Virus record (IMG/VR): IMGVR_UViG_3300043122_000207 | Coordinates: 96,001-160,000 of that record | DNA: 64,000 nt | Reading direction: 5' to 3' (one strand) | Source: a virus | Part shown: positions 47,376 to 56,439 of the stretch, in pieces | Layout: every line of letters begins with the position of its first letter | Numbering within the stretch: the stretch's first letter is position 1 | Program-made: the position numbers and the translations under genes | Notes under the pieces: model-generated | Told to the model about the DNA's origin: nothing | Seen by the model: only the letters and a program-made list of their open reading frames with translations | Database searches by the model: none

Positions 47376-47981
47376 ATGTCATTGATAATCAAGGATATAA
47401 ATAGATGTATTGTTGGAAAAAATAAATTTAATTTAGTCTATACAAAAGATAATGATGCAGCAGGGATTAAAGAAGACCTCCTGTTAAATACAAGGACAGA
47501 ACAAATTAAATCAAAAGATGAGATGACTTGTATTTATACAGAAGATGGGGATTGTTACTTATTCCCAAAGGATGAAGAAAAAAAATATATATCTAAAAAG
47601 GGTAAGGTTTCGCGATTACCAAAAGACGTATATTTGATTGATAATTGGCTCAGGACATCATCATCGGACACTGATATATTAAAGATGGTTGGTGATGATT
47701 ATGTTATTACAGAAAAATTCCATCCAGCCGGTGGTGATGATGAGCTAACACTTCTAGCAAAAAATGTTATGAATCAGGTTATTCCAATAGTTATAAAAAT
47801 ACAGGGTAAATCTGATAAGACATGGCTTGATGCTAGAATGAAAGAAATAGAAAAGAATTCAATTTCGGCAAAGATGTTTCTGCAACTTTGTCAGACTTTG
47901 AATCTTCATGTCGACATGAGGGTTTATAGAGAAGAATTTGAAGGGGAAGAATTCATTGAGCAGAAAAGAAAATTAATTTAA
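47376..47981 (+). CDS. Early protein, tandem paralogue B
   Basis: YLFPKDEEKKYISKKGKVSRLPKDVYLIDNW aligns with the previous gene. Confidence 0.7.
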   Translation: MSLIIKDINRCIVGKNKFNLVYTKDNDAAGIKEDLLLNTRTEQIKSKDEMTCIYTEDGDCYLFPKDEEKKYISKKGKVSRLPKDVYLIDNWLRTSSSDTDILKMVGDDYVITEKFHPAGGDDELTLLAKNVMNQVIPIVIKIQGKSDKTWLDARMKEIEKNSISAKMFLQLCQTLNLHVDMRVYREEFEGEEFIEQKRKLI

Positions 47982-47994
47982 AGGAGATGGTAAA

Positions 47995-48618
47995 ATGAAT
48001 GGAAATAGAAATCAGATATTCAATGACATTATTGATGCGATGGAATACCACATCGATAATAATTTATCGGGCGGTGTGATAAGCAATGATCGAATGGAAG
48101 AGATTAATATGATGCTCTTCAATCACTTAGCCAAAGGATCCAATAACCGAGATAGACAATTGGTTATTAATCGAAAGGTTAGAGGAAGAAGAGGTGAATC
48201 TGATAAAGATTTTAAGCTGAGGTTGAGGGTTGACGTTGATGAAAGTCTGCGTTCCCGTAGACCACATGTTGATAGGTCAAGGATTGCTGAAAGAGAATCC
48301 AATGACCTCAGAGAGGTATTTGAAAGATACACAATGAGTGTTTCAGAAATGGACAATAAAAGAGACATTGTTCAGCTCTATGTTAATACTTACATGTGTA
48401 TCGAAGATGGGTTTGCGGATATGTTTGAAGAACTATTCCAAGATGGGAAGATGTCAGACCCAGGGTATCTCGATATGATTGCCAGTGGTGAAGTGTTCTA
48501 TGAGTATGGTGGTTTTAGAATATTCCCAATGGCGAATGAATCGACATGGTCTTTAAGTTATGAAACTACACCATTAATTTCAACTGGAATCAAAAATGAT
48601 TTTGGTTGGAATAATTAG
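47995..48618 (+). CDS. Hypothetical early protein
   Basis: 207 aa, AAGGAGATGGT RBS, Arg-rich central segment. Confidence 0.7.
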   Translation: MNGNRNQIFNDIIDAMEYHIDNNLSGGVISNDRMEEINMMLFNHLAKGSNNRDRQLVINRKVRGRRGESDKDFKLRLRVDVDESLRSRRPHVDRSRIAERESNDLREVFERYTMSVSEMDNKRDIVQLYVNTYMCIEDGFADMFEELFQDGKMSDPGYLDMIASGEVFYEYGGFRIFPMANESTWSLSYETTPLISTGIKNDFGWNN

Positions 48619-48628
48619 TGTGGTGTAT

Positions 48629-48662
48629 AAAATAGCGGTTGTTATGGCCGCTATTTTTTTCT
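48629..48662 (+). terminator. Intrinsic terminator/attenuator between 47995 and nvRNAP beta N
   Basis: AAATAGCGG..CCGCTATTT plus T tract. Confidence 0.75.
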
Positions 48663-48689
48663 TTAATATAGAAAAAGGGAGATGATATT

Positions 48690-50111
48690 GTGGCAAGCGA
48701 TATGACCAATAGACTATATGAGTTGATGCAAGAAAAGATTGTAAACGATTCTATATTGGATCCTGAATTAAGGGATATGATACCAGTCGTAATTGAGACA
48801 TTAAAGAAACTACCAAAGTTAACAATGGTGGGGTATAGGAAAGAAAGAATAAATCCTAGAAAACAATTTGAAATCGAAATGGAAGATTCAATAATCAAGA
48901 AAACAAACAATACAAAAAGAAATAATGTTGAGTATTCCATTGACTTAGAAGAAAGCAAAGTGGATATTTTAAGATGTTATTTTATAATAACACCAGAGAT
49001 TATTTCTGACTCTAAAAAAGATGTCGCAATTACAAATACCAAATATAAGCTTCTCAGAGTTATGGATAGGTTGGATGAAGTTTTTGAAAGTGAACTTTTA
49101 ACCGAGTTATTAGAGAGTAAAGATAGAGTATCAACTGAAAATGTGGATCCTGAAAACGAAGATGTAAATATGGTATTAGAAGTTCCATTTTTAGTGCCGA
49201 GGTTAGTTGATGGGCAATATTTTCTATTAAACAACAGAAGATTTTTCTCTGCTTTCTATTTACAAAGAGAAGCTAGGGTTACCAATGAAGGGAAACTGGA
49301 GATAGTGAATATTAACCCTGGTGCGTATAATGGGGAAGATGAAATACTTTCTTATATCTATCTCACAGATGAAGAATCAGAAGAAGAAGTTATAGAATAT
49401 TATTTCTTCGGTAATAAGCTGAATCCTTTTTGTTTCTTACCAAACAATATAAAACTCCATAAAATGTTTCCCGAGTATTTTTCATATAGAGCAAGGGTTT
49501 ATAATGATAAAAGGAATAAAATAGAACCCGAAACTAAAGAAGGAAAAATACTTTTGAGAACATACAATAAATGGAGAAACGAGGATAGGGCTAAGTTTAG
49601 AAGGGCTAGAAAGAAATCTTTAGAAGGTGATGAAGAAAACGATTATGTTTATAAGTTGATCAGTAAAATAAATCCCGATGAGATAGTGGATGCAATAAAT
49701 GCTGTTTTGAATCCGGGTGACCAAATTATAATGTTTGATATCCATAAATCTTTAAGGAAGTTTTTAAAGATTAATATAATAGATTCATTCCCTGGCTTTA
49801 GAAAAAGACAGCAACCTAGCATGGTAAAGAAAAGATATAGGATAAATCCTGAAACCGTAGTAATGATAATGAAAATGAAAAAACAATATACATCAACTGT
49901 GGTTCAGGCAGCTAACACTATAGATTTATTTCCTAGGTTCACTTATATTTCTGAAATGGAAAGTGGTTCTAAAATAAAAGATAAGAACTTACGAAAATTC
50001 AGAAAAAAACATGTCGGTTTAATTGACCCTATAGCCACATCCACATCTGAGAATTTGGGTTTATCTGGTGGTATGGTTTTTTCTGTTCCAGATAAACATA
50101 TAATGAGGTAG
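48690..50111 (+). CDS. Non-virion RNA polymerase beta subunit, N-terminal part (phiKZ gp123 / AR9 gp105-like)
   Basis: LVPRLVDGQYFLLNNRRF and C-terminal HVGLIDPIATSTSENLGLSG (fork-loop region of beta). Confidence 0.85.
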   Translation: MASDMTNRLYELMQEKIVNDSILDPELRDMIPVVIETLKKLPKLTMVGYRKERINPRKQFEIEMEDSIIKKTNNTKRNNVEYSIDLEESKVDILRCYFIITPEIISDSKKDVAITNTKYKLLRVMDRLDEVFESELLTELLESKDRVSTENVDPENEDVNMVLEVPFLVPRLVDGQYFLLNNRRFFSAFYLQREARVTNEGKLEIVNINPGAYNGEDEILSYIYLTDEESEEEVIEYYFFGNKLNPFCFLPNNIKLHKMFPEYFSYRARVYNDKRNKIEPETKEGKILLRTYNKWRNEDRAKFRRARKKSLEGDEENDYVYKLISKINPDEIVDAINAVLNPGDQIIMFDIHKSLRKFLKINIIDSFPGFRKRQQPSMVKKRYRINPETVVMIMKMKKQYTSTVVQAANTIDLFPRFTYISEMESGSKIKDKNLRKFRKKHVGLIDPIATSTSENLGLSGGMVFSVPDKHIMR

Positions 50112-50120
50112 GTGATTAAA

Positions 50121-50186
50121 ATGAACTCAACATTCTATTACCTATATTTAGATTGGGATGGGAGTGTATGGTTGAGTAACTTTTAA
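50121..50186 (+). CDS. Possible 21-aa peptide MNSTFYYLYLDWDGSVWLSNF
   Basis: AGGTGA RBS, located between the beta N stop and the terminator. Confidence 0.4.
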   Translation: MNSTFYYLYLDWDGSVWLSNF

Positions 50187-50188
50187 TT

Positions 50189-50222
50189 AAAAGCGACCCT
50201 TTATTGGGTCGTTTTATTTTTT
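50189..50222 (+). terminator. Intrinsic terminator
   Basis: AAAGCGACCC..GGGTCGTTTT plus T tract. Confidence 0.8.
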
Positions 50223-50232
50223 TATTATCAAA

Positions 50233-50245
50233 AACAATTCTTTAG
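50233..50245 (+). promoter_or_regulatory. Late-type promoter upstream of sbcC
   Basis: AACAATTCTTTAG. Confidence 0.55.
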
Positions 50246-50266
50246 GATATATACAAACCAAAGGGT

Positions 50267-52870
50267 GTGGAAATTATGTGGCTTAGATATATAAGGTTAG
50301 AAAACTATACTTTTTTTAATTCGGGCATGGATAAAAATGTGGTGGAAATGGAATTTGATAAAGAGGATGATATTGTAGTTATAAGTGGTGATAATGGGTC
50401 TGGTAAAACAACATTCACTAAACTTGCTCACAGTCCTTTACCGAAGATAGATAATAACTATGGTATAATTAAAAATCATGCTGGTAAAAAAATTCAAATA
50501 TACGTTGATGAAAAAAATGACAGAGAAATAGAAGTTATCCATAACTTCAATCCTAAAAAGGATACACATTCATGTGATTCTTTTATGAACATTATAGAAG
50601 ACGGGGAGAAAAAGGAACTAAACAATAATGGCAGTGTTAGGTCTTTTTATGATCTTGTAGAGGAGTATTTTGGTATAACAAGAAACAATGAAGATGTTTT
50701 ATATACGGCTGTTAAGGAATTGGGTTTAGTGACTAAGACAGCAGCTGAAAGAAGAGAGTATGTTAAAGGATTTATAAATGGTCTTGAAGAAATAGATGAT
50801 AGGTATAAGGTAGTTAATGAAAAATACTCTATAATAAAAAAAGAGCTTAAAGCTAATGAGATTAAATTAAAAAAATATCCAGATAGTGACGAGATGAAAT
50901 CAGAGATAAAAGAAATGAAAAAAATGGTTACTATCAAAAAATCTGAATTAAAAAATATCCATAAAAAGATGGGTACTATAGAAAATATATCTGAAGACGA
51001 GTTAAAAGAAATAAAAGAAACAAAAAAGAAATATCAAAAGGATATATCTGATGCAAAAGAGGCTATAAAGATATTGGGAAAATTGGATTCAAATAAATCT
51101 TTAAAATATAATGAAGATGAATATAAAGGATATCTCAAAAGAAATAAAAAGAAACTTAAAGATATTGAAGAAGAAATAAAATCAAAAAATAAAGCTCTTA
51201 TAAATTTAAAGAAAGACTCGAAGGGTTTGGTTAAATTAAAAGAGGATAGACAATACGTTGAGTCTTTAGGTGAGAGATTAAACGAAGTTGATGACGAGAT
51301 AAAGGGTATCAAAACAGATTATACTTATGAGGAATACTCTGAGATTAAAACCTTTATTAATAATGTCATCACATCCTTAGATATGTTATCTAATAATATT
51401 ATTGAGATTGGTTCATTAAAAAGAGATTTAAAAAAAGAATTGGAAAAAAATAAAAAAGATATTGAAGATTTGACTAAAGAACAAAATGAAATCAAAAAGA
51501 ATATGGAGTCTATATCTGGTTCCTATGGTGGTTTTTTTGATGAAAATATAAAACCACATCCTAAGTGTGAATTTGAAAGTTGTGATTTAAGACAGGCTTT
51601 TAATGGATACATCACCAATATGGATGAAATAAATGAGTTGTCTACCAAACTTAATTTGATTTCTGAGAAGATAGAAAACATTGAAGAAGAAACACAAATT
51701 ATAAATAATGATCTTCAGTGGAAAGAAAGATATGATAGATTAGTTTCAGAGCTAGAAGATAGAGATACATTATTAAAAAAGGATGAAGATTTAAAAAATC
51801 TAACAAAAGACAAAATTTTTAATACTTTAAAAATAGGGAAATATTCTCAATTAGAAAATAAGATCTCTGTAAAATTTGATAAGTTAGATAAGTATTTTAA
51901 ATATTTGGATGATAAAAAAAGATATGAGTCTTTTAATTCTGTTTCTGAAAAGGAGAATGATCTTTTAGATAGGTATGAAAAAGAAAAGGAAAAGATTTTA
52001 GAAAAAAGAGAAGAATTAAATGAGAAGAAAAAAGAAATAGAAAAGAAGGTAAAAAAATATAAAGATAAAATAGATAAATTATCTATTGGTTTTAATAATA
52101 ATCTGGTAGAGAATTTAAATATGGAGTCTTTAAAAGAAATAATAAAAGAGCGAGAACTGTCATTGGAAAAATTGGATAAACAGTTAGAAGAAATCCAAAA
52201 GAAAATAGAGAGTAAAAAAGCTTTAGAAAAAAATGAGAAAACTATCAATGAAGAACTGAAGACATATGAAAAAAGAGTAGAAAAACTCAATGAAGATTTA
52301 ACCATTATGAAACATCTGGAGAAAGAATTCGTTCGATTAAATAAAGAAGAAAAGATAACTTATGCTATAAGAGAAACACTTAGAATACATTTACCTATAA
52401 CTTTAATTGATTCTTTTCTTGAAAGTGTAAAGCTATATGCTAATAAGTTTTTGAAAGATGCTAATTTAGAATATAGGGTTTCTGATTTTGAGATATCAGA
52501 AAACACATTTAGGATTGAATCTATGAAAAAAAATCATATTTATACCGATGTTTCAAATATGAGTGACGGCGAAACATGTTTTATGTCTTTAGCAATATCG
52601 TTTGCCATACAGGTTGTTTTAGATTCATTAAACAATTATAAAATTGTGGCTTTAGATGAAATGGACTCTCTTTTAAAAGATTCAAGAAAGAAAAAATATA
52701 TGGATATAGTTATGTCTCAGTTTTCTAACTTCGATTTGTCACAGATGTTTATTGTGACACATAATGAGTATTTTAATGATTTAAATAATGTATCCCATAT
52801 ATGTCTTAAGGATTCGACTGTAGATAAATTTGATAAATCAAAGAAGATAATTTACCATTATGACGATTGA
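50267..52870 (+). CDS. sbcC: SbcC/Rad50-like SMC ATPase
   Basis: GDNGSGKT, long coiled coil with central CEFESC hook, signature MSDGE, Walker B VALDE, H-loop VTH. Confidence 0.9.
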   Translation: MEIMWLRYIRLENYTFFNSGMDKNVVEMEFDKEDDIVVISGDNGSGKTTFTKLAHSPLPKIDNNYGIIKNHAGKKIQIYVDEKNDREIEVIHNFNPKKDTHSCDSFMNIIEDGEKKELNNNGSVRSFYDLVEEYFGITRNNEDVLYTAVKELGLVTKTAAERREYVKGFINGLEEIDDRYKVVNEKYSIIKKELKANEIKLKKYPDSDEMKSEIKEMKKMVTIKKSELKNIHKKMGTIENISEDELKEIKETKKKYQKDISDAKEAIKILGKLDSNKSLKYNEDEYKGYLKRNKKKLKDIEEEIKSKNKALINLKKDSKGLVKLKEDRQYVESLGERLNEVDDEIKGIKTDYTYEEYSEIKTFINNVITSLDMLSNNIIEIGSLKRDLKKELEKNKKDIEDLTKEQNEIKKNMESISGSYGGFFDENIKPHPKCEFESCDLRQAFNGYITNMDEINELSTKLNLISEKIENIEEETQIINNDLQWKERYDRLVSELEDRDTLLKKDEDLKNLTKDKIFNTLKIGKYSQLENKISVKFDKLDKYFKYLDDKKRYESFNSVSEKENDLLDRYEKEKEKILEKREELNEKKKEIEKKVKKYKDKIDKLSIGFNNNLVENLNMESLKEIIKERELSLEKLDKQLEEIQKKIESKKALEKNEKTINEELKTYEKRVEKLNEDLTIMKHLEKEFVRLNKEEKITYAIRETLRIHLPITLIDSFLESVKLYANKFLKDANLEYRVSDFEISENTFRIESMKKNHIYTDVSNMSDGETCFMSLAISFAIQVVLDSLNNYKIVALDEMDSLLKDSRKKKYMDIVMSQFSNFDLSQMFIVTHNEYFNDLNNVSHICLKDSTVDKFDKSKKIIYHYDD

Positions 52871-52878
52871 GTTCTATG

Positions 52879-52890
52879 ATTATATATTAT
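52879..52890 (+). promoter_or_regulatory. Early promoter motif upstream of the sigma-like subunit
   Basis: ATTATATATTAT. Confidence 0.7.
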
Positions 52891-52937
52891 ATATGCGAAA
52901 TGAAAAAATTATTTAATCAATATAAGGAGTTGATTTT

Positions 52938-54488
52938 ATGGAGATGGATAGAAAAGTTTATTTTGCAGTTAGGAATGAAAAAGAATTAGAGTTTAATGTT
53001 TATCAAAGGAGTTATATTTTTCATGCAAGTCAAAAGAAGTCTTATGATGGTAAGACTATAAAATCGATTGAGGCAACATGTTCTCAATTAAACCATTTTA
53101 TTCTTTATTTAGAAAGAAGAATGGAAGATGAATCAATAGATGAATCAGAAGGTGATTTAGGATACTTTATAGTTAAGATGATGCGTCTAAATGATTTATT
53201 AGATAGAAATAATATGGATCAAGCAGTTTGGGAGGAAGTAAAAGAAAAGTCAACCAGATTTTATGATGAAAAGCTGAAGTATTTTAAAAGAGTTGTGACT
53301 GAAGAGTTAGTAAACGATGTCCACTTGGGTACTCTGATATCAGATTATGTTTATTCAAATACACTTAAAAACCTAACTTCAGCAGATAACATAAAAGAGA
53401 AATTGTTTTATAGTGATATTCATATTTATCATTGTCTGTCGGTATATACTAAAATATTGTATTTTATGTATTTTAGGTTTTCTGATGAGACATCTTATAA
53501 AAGAATATCTAAATCAATAACTATAGAACTTTCATCTTTAATGAATCAGATGGCTTTGGATATCTTTCCTAAGGAATATACTAGAATCAATAATATTTCT
53601 TTTATGGATAGATTGTTCAATTATATTCAATTCCAGAACAGAATAAATTCTAGAACACACACTAAATTACAGGATAAGTTTTCTGCTATAGGTTATAGTG
53701 AGGAGTCACTTTCGATTAGTATGTTAGATAGTGTTATATCTTCCCTTAAAAATTTTGGTGTGATAACTTATAAAAGAAGTAGAGGTAAAAGAAAAACTTT
53801 TGATATATTTAAACACAAGTATGAAAATTGGGGTTATGTTGCTAAGAACACAGCAGCAATCATTTCCTCTACAACCAAAAGAACTGTGAGTTATATGTTT
53901 GCTCAGACTACACCGTATGTTATAAATAAGAAATCACCGACTGTTATGGTTGATGGTGTTTCAGAAAGTAGTAAGTACGAGATACTTTTAGAAAAGAAAA
54001 ACAAAGAACACTATCAGGATATGAAAAGGATTAAACGATATATTATCAATGATTGTTATGAGAATATATCAGCTGAAAGTCGTGATGAGATTGATAAACT
54101 ATTGGAGGGTGGCACAGATATTAGACATCAATTAAATAAATTTATGGTGTCTTTATTTTTGGAGCAAAATTATGAAGCCAATGTTTTGGATCTTATAACC
54201 TATGAGGAGTTTTTAACTATATTATTTAGGGTTTATGAAAGAATGGATAAATACTATAGAATAAAACATGCTTTGATTTCCCCAGTGGGTAATCGGTTAA
54301 ACGGTATTAGAGTAAGAGAAAAAGATTTGGAAGGTTTATTATTTTATAGGAACTGTAATAAACCTAAAACCATAAAGATATTAAATAAGATAGTTGGTTA
54401 TTCATATACATTCAATCGTGATGTTGTTAGAAATTTAAATATTAAAGATGAAATGATAGATTTTATTGCGGATGGTCTTGTGATATGA
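52938..54488 (+). CDS. Candidate nvRNAP promoter-specificity (sigma-like) subunit, phiKZ gp68 / AR9 gp226-like
   Basis: 516 aa all-helical ORF with its own early promoter (52879); size and internal pattern match my recollection of the family; no catalytic motif. Confidence 0.6.
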   Translation: MEMDRKVYFAVRNEKELEFNVYQRSYIFHASQKKSYDGKTIKSIEATCSQLNHFILYLERRMEDESIDESEGDLGYFIVKMMRLNDLLDRNNMDQAVWEEVKEKSTRFYDEKLKYFKRVVTEELVNDVHLGTLISDYVYSNTLKNLTSADNIKEKLFYSDIHIYHCLSVYTKILYFMYFRFSDETSYKRISKSITIELSSLMNQMALDIFPKEYTRINNISFMDRLFNYIQFQNRINSRTHTKLQDKFSAIGYSEESLSISMLDSVISSLKNFGVITYKRSRGKRKTFDIFKHKYENWGYVAKNTAAIISSTTKRTVSYMFAQTTPYVINKKSPTVMVDGVSESSKYEILLEKKNKEHYQDMKRIKRYIINDCYENISAESRDEIDKLLEGGTDIRHQLNKFMVSLFLEQNYEANVLDLITYEEFLTILFRVYERMDKYYRIKHALISPVGNRLNGIRVREKDLEGLLFYRNCNKPKTIKILNKIVGYSYTFNRDVVRNLNIKDEMIDFIADGLVI

Positions 54489-55486
54489 TTGAACCTAAAC
54501 AAAAAATAGTAGATTTTTTAATGGATCGTTATGATGCAAAGACCCAAAATAACGGTATATGGTATAAGATAAGATGTCCTTTTTGTGGTGATAGTAATAA
54601 ACACAAATATTCGAGACATTTAAATATAAGAATACCATATGATGATAATATGATGGTTGCCAAATGTTTTCAACCTAAATGTGATGTAGGTGGTCTTTTA
54701 AATAGAGACCACCTTGTGAAAATGGGGATGTCAGATACTTCTGTTTTGAAATTTATAACTGATAAAGCTAAAGTAAATAAGTCTATTGTCAATAAAATTT
54801 CATCTACTAATTTACATTTGGCTCTACCGGATAAACCACATGACGAGGTTTCAGAATATTTTAAAGCAAGAACCAATGTTCCTTTAAACGATAGGAGTAT
54901 TAAAAGATATAACGTCGTGGGGGATTTTGGTTGGTTTTTAGAGAGAAATAAAAATAAGTTTAAAGAGAATCGAAGATTAAATAAGTTAAGAGATAATGAA
55001 AAAGAAGGATACAGGTATATTGGTTTTTTAAATGAGACAGGGACATTTATGAATATACGTTCCATAAATGATGATAGGAAAAAGCATATAAAAGTCCCAA
55101 TAGTTAAGTTTCCTATATATGTTTACCATAAACCTTATGCTATAGATAATAATTTTGATATTACACATGACGAAGTTTATATAGTTTTGGCTGAGGGTAT
55201 ATTTGACACCATAAACATCAGTAATTACCTTGGAGGTATAAATGCCTTATATGTGCAAACAGGCTCAGCAGGAGGTATGTATGGGATGTTTAAGCGGTTA
55301 TCTAAATACTACTATGTTGATTGGATGTTTGTTAGAGATGAAGATGTAGAAATAAGTTTCTTTAAGAATATAAAAAAATACAATGATTATAGGTTCAGGA
55401 ACAAAGCTTATGTAGTTTATAATGAACTATCTAAAGATTTTGGTGATTTTAGAGAACCTGTAAGAATGCACAAAATAAAAATATAA
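54485..55486 (+). CDS. DNA primase (Zn finger plus TOPRIM)
   Basis: CPFCGDS..HLNI..CFQPKC Zn finger; VLAEGIFD TOPRIM; DED motif. Confidence 0.8.
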   Translation: MIEPKQKIVDFLMDRYDAKTQNNGIWYKIRCPFCGDSNKHKYSRHLNIRIPYDDNMMVAKCFQPKCDVGGLLNRDHLVKMGMSDTSVLKFITDKAKVNKSIVNKISSTNLHLALPDKPHDEVSEYFKARTNVPLNDRSIKRYNVVGDFGWFLERNKNKFKENRRLNKLRDNEKEGYRYIGFLNETGTFMNIRSINDDRKKHIKVPIVKFPIYVYHKPYAIDNNFDITHDEVYIVLAEGIFDTINISNYLGGINALYVQTGSAGGMYGMFKRLSKYYYVDWMFVRDEDVEISFFKNIKKYNDYRFRNKAYVVYNELSKDFGDFREPVRMHKIKI

Positions 55487-55497
55487 GGAGGAAAACA

Positions 55498-56043
55498 TTG
55501 TTAAATTATATTCTTAAAATATTCGTAAACATAAAGAACTATTTTTCTAAAGGTGATTCTAATAAGTCTAGAAGAATAGCAAAGAGAATTGTCGATGAAA
55601 ATGATATTGTCAATTTAAATGGTGTGATAAATTATATGAGGAAAAATTTTGATTATGGTAGTGACCCCCTTAATGGTATAATTGATACCCAATATGATTT
55701 GGATAAAATAATAGAGACTGGTGGTGTTGATGATTGTGATGGGTTTGCTATAATATCAAAGAGGTTGTGTTCTGCAATCGGTTTACAATCTAAAATATTA
55801 ACTTATGTTCCTTTAAATATTACTAAATCACACGTCATTTCAGTTATTGAGATTAATGATGTTTTTGATGCTGAAAAATTGGGGAAAGAAAAAATTATAA
55901 AAAATAAAAAACCATATTATATGGTGCTCAGTGTTAAGAATATTTATGGTTCATTTGATAGTATAGAAGAAATTATTTCTTTCTTTGAAGAAAAAATTGA
56001 TAGTAAAATAATTGCTTATGATTTAAGAGATGGTATAAATTAA
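55498..56043 (+). CDS. Transglutaminase-like cysteine protease domain protein
   Basis: GVDDCDGFA (Cys) followed by SHVISV (His); TTG start. Confidence 0.6.
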   Translation: MLNYILKIFVNIKNYFSKGDSNKSRRIAKRIVDENDIVNLNGVINYMRKNFDYGSDPLNGIIDTQYDLDKIIETGGVDDCDGFAIISKRLCSAIGLQSKILTYVPLNITKSHVISVIEINDVFDAEKLGKEKIIKNKKPYYMVLSVKNIYGSFDSIEEIISFFEEKIDSKIIAYDLRDGIN

Positions 56044-56044
56044 T

Positions 56045-56080
56045 AAAAAAGCAGGGTATTTCACCCTGCCTATTTTTTTT
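56045..56080. terminator. Bidirectional terminator
   Basis: GCAGGG..CCCTGC with A and T tracts between convergent genes. Confidence 0.85.
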
Positions 56081-56439
56081 TATATTTTTCCTTTTATTTG
56101 TGTTCTGGTTTTATTAAAATTTAGTTTATCGTTTACAGATCTTATCTCTATTTTAACATTGTGTTCTTTTGCTTTTTTTATTCCTTCTCTCATACCAGAT
56201 GAAAAACCATTGTCTGTGTATACTGCACAGAGGTCAGCCTTTTCATACCAACTTATACCAGCTTCAATACCCATCTGTCTTTCTTTTGGTATCTTATCGT
56301 TTAGAACTTGGGTGTATAAGAGGTGGCTTGCTATTGGGGCTTCTCCACGTAATAGGGAATCTAATAAAGCTAACCTTGCATATTTGGTGTTTTCTTTACA
56401 GTCACCTTTATAGGGTGATTCGATTATTACATTCTTCAT
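56080..56439 (-). CDS. Nucleoside 2-deoxyribosyltransferase-like Rossmann-fold protein (DUF4406/DUF7768-like)
   Basis: VIIESPYKG, GEAPIASHLLYTQ, ADLCAVYTDNGFSSGM; start refined. Confidence 0.65.
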   Translation of the reverse strand: MKNVIIESPYKGDCKENTKYARLALLDSLLRGEAPIASHLLYTQVLNDKIPKERQMGIEAGISWYEKADLCAVYTDNGFSSGMREGIKKAKEHNVKIEIRSVNDKLNFNKTRTQIKGKI

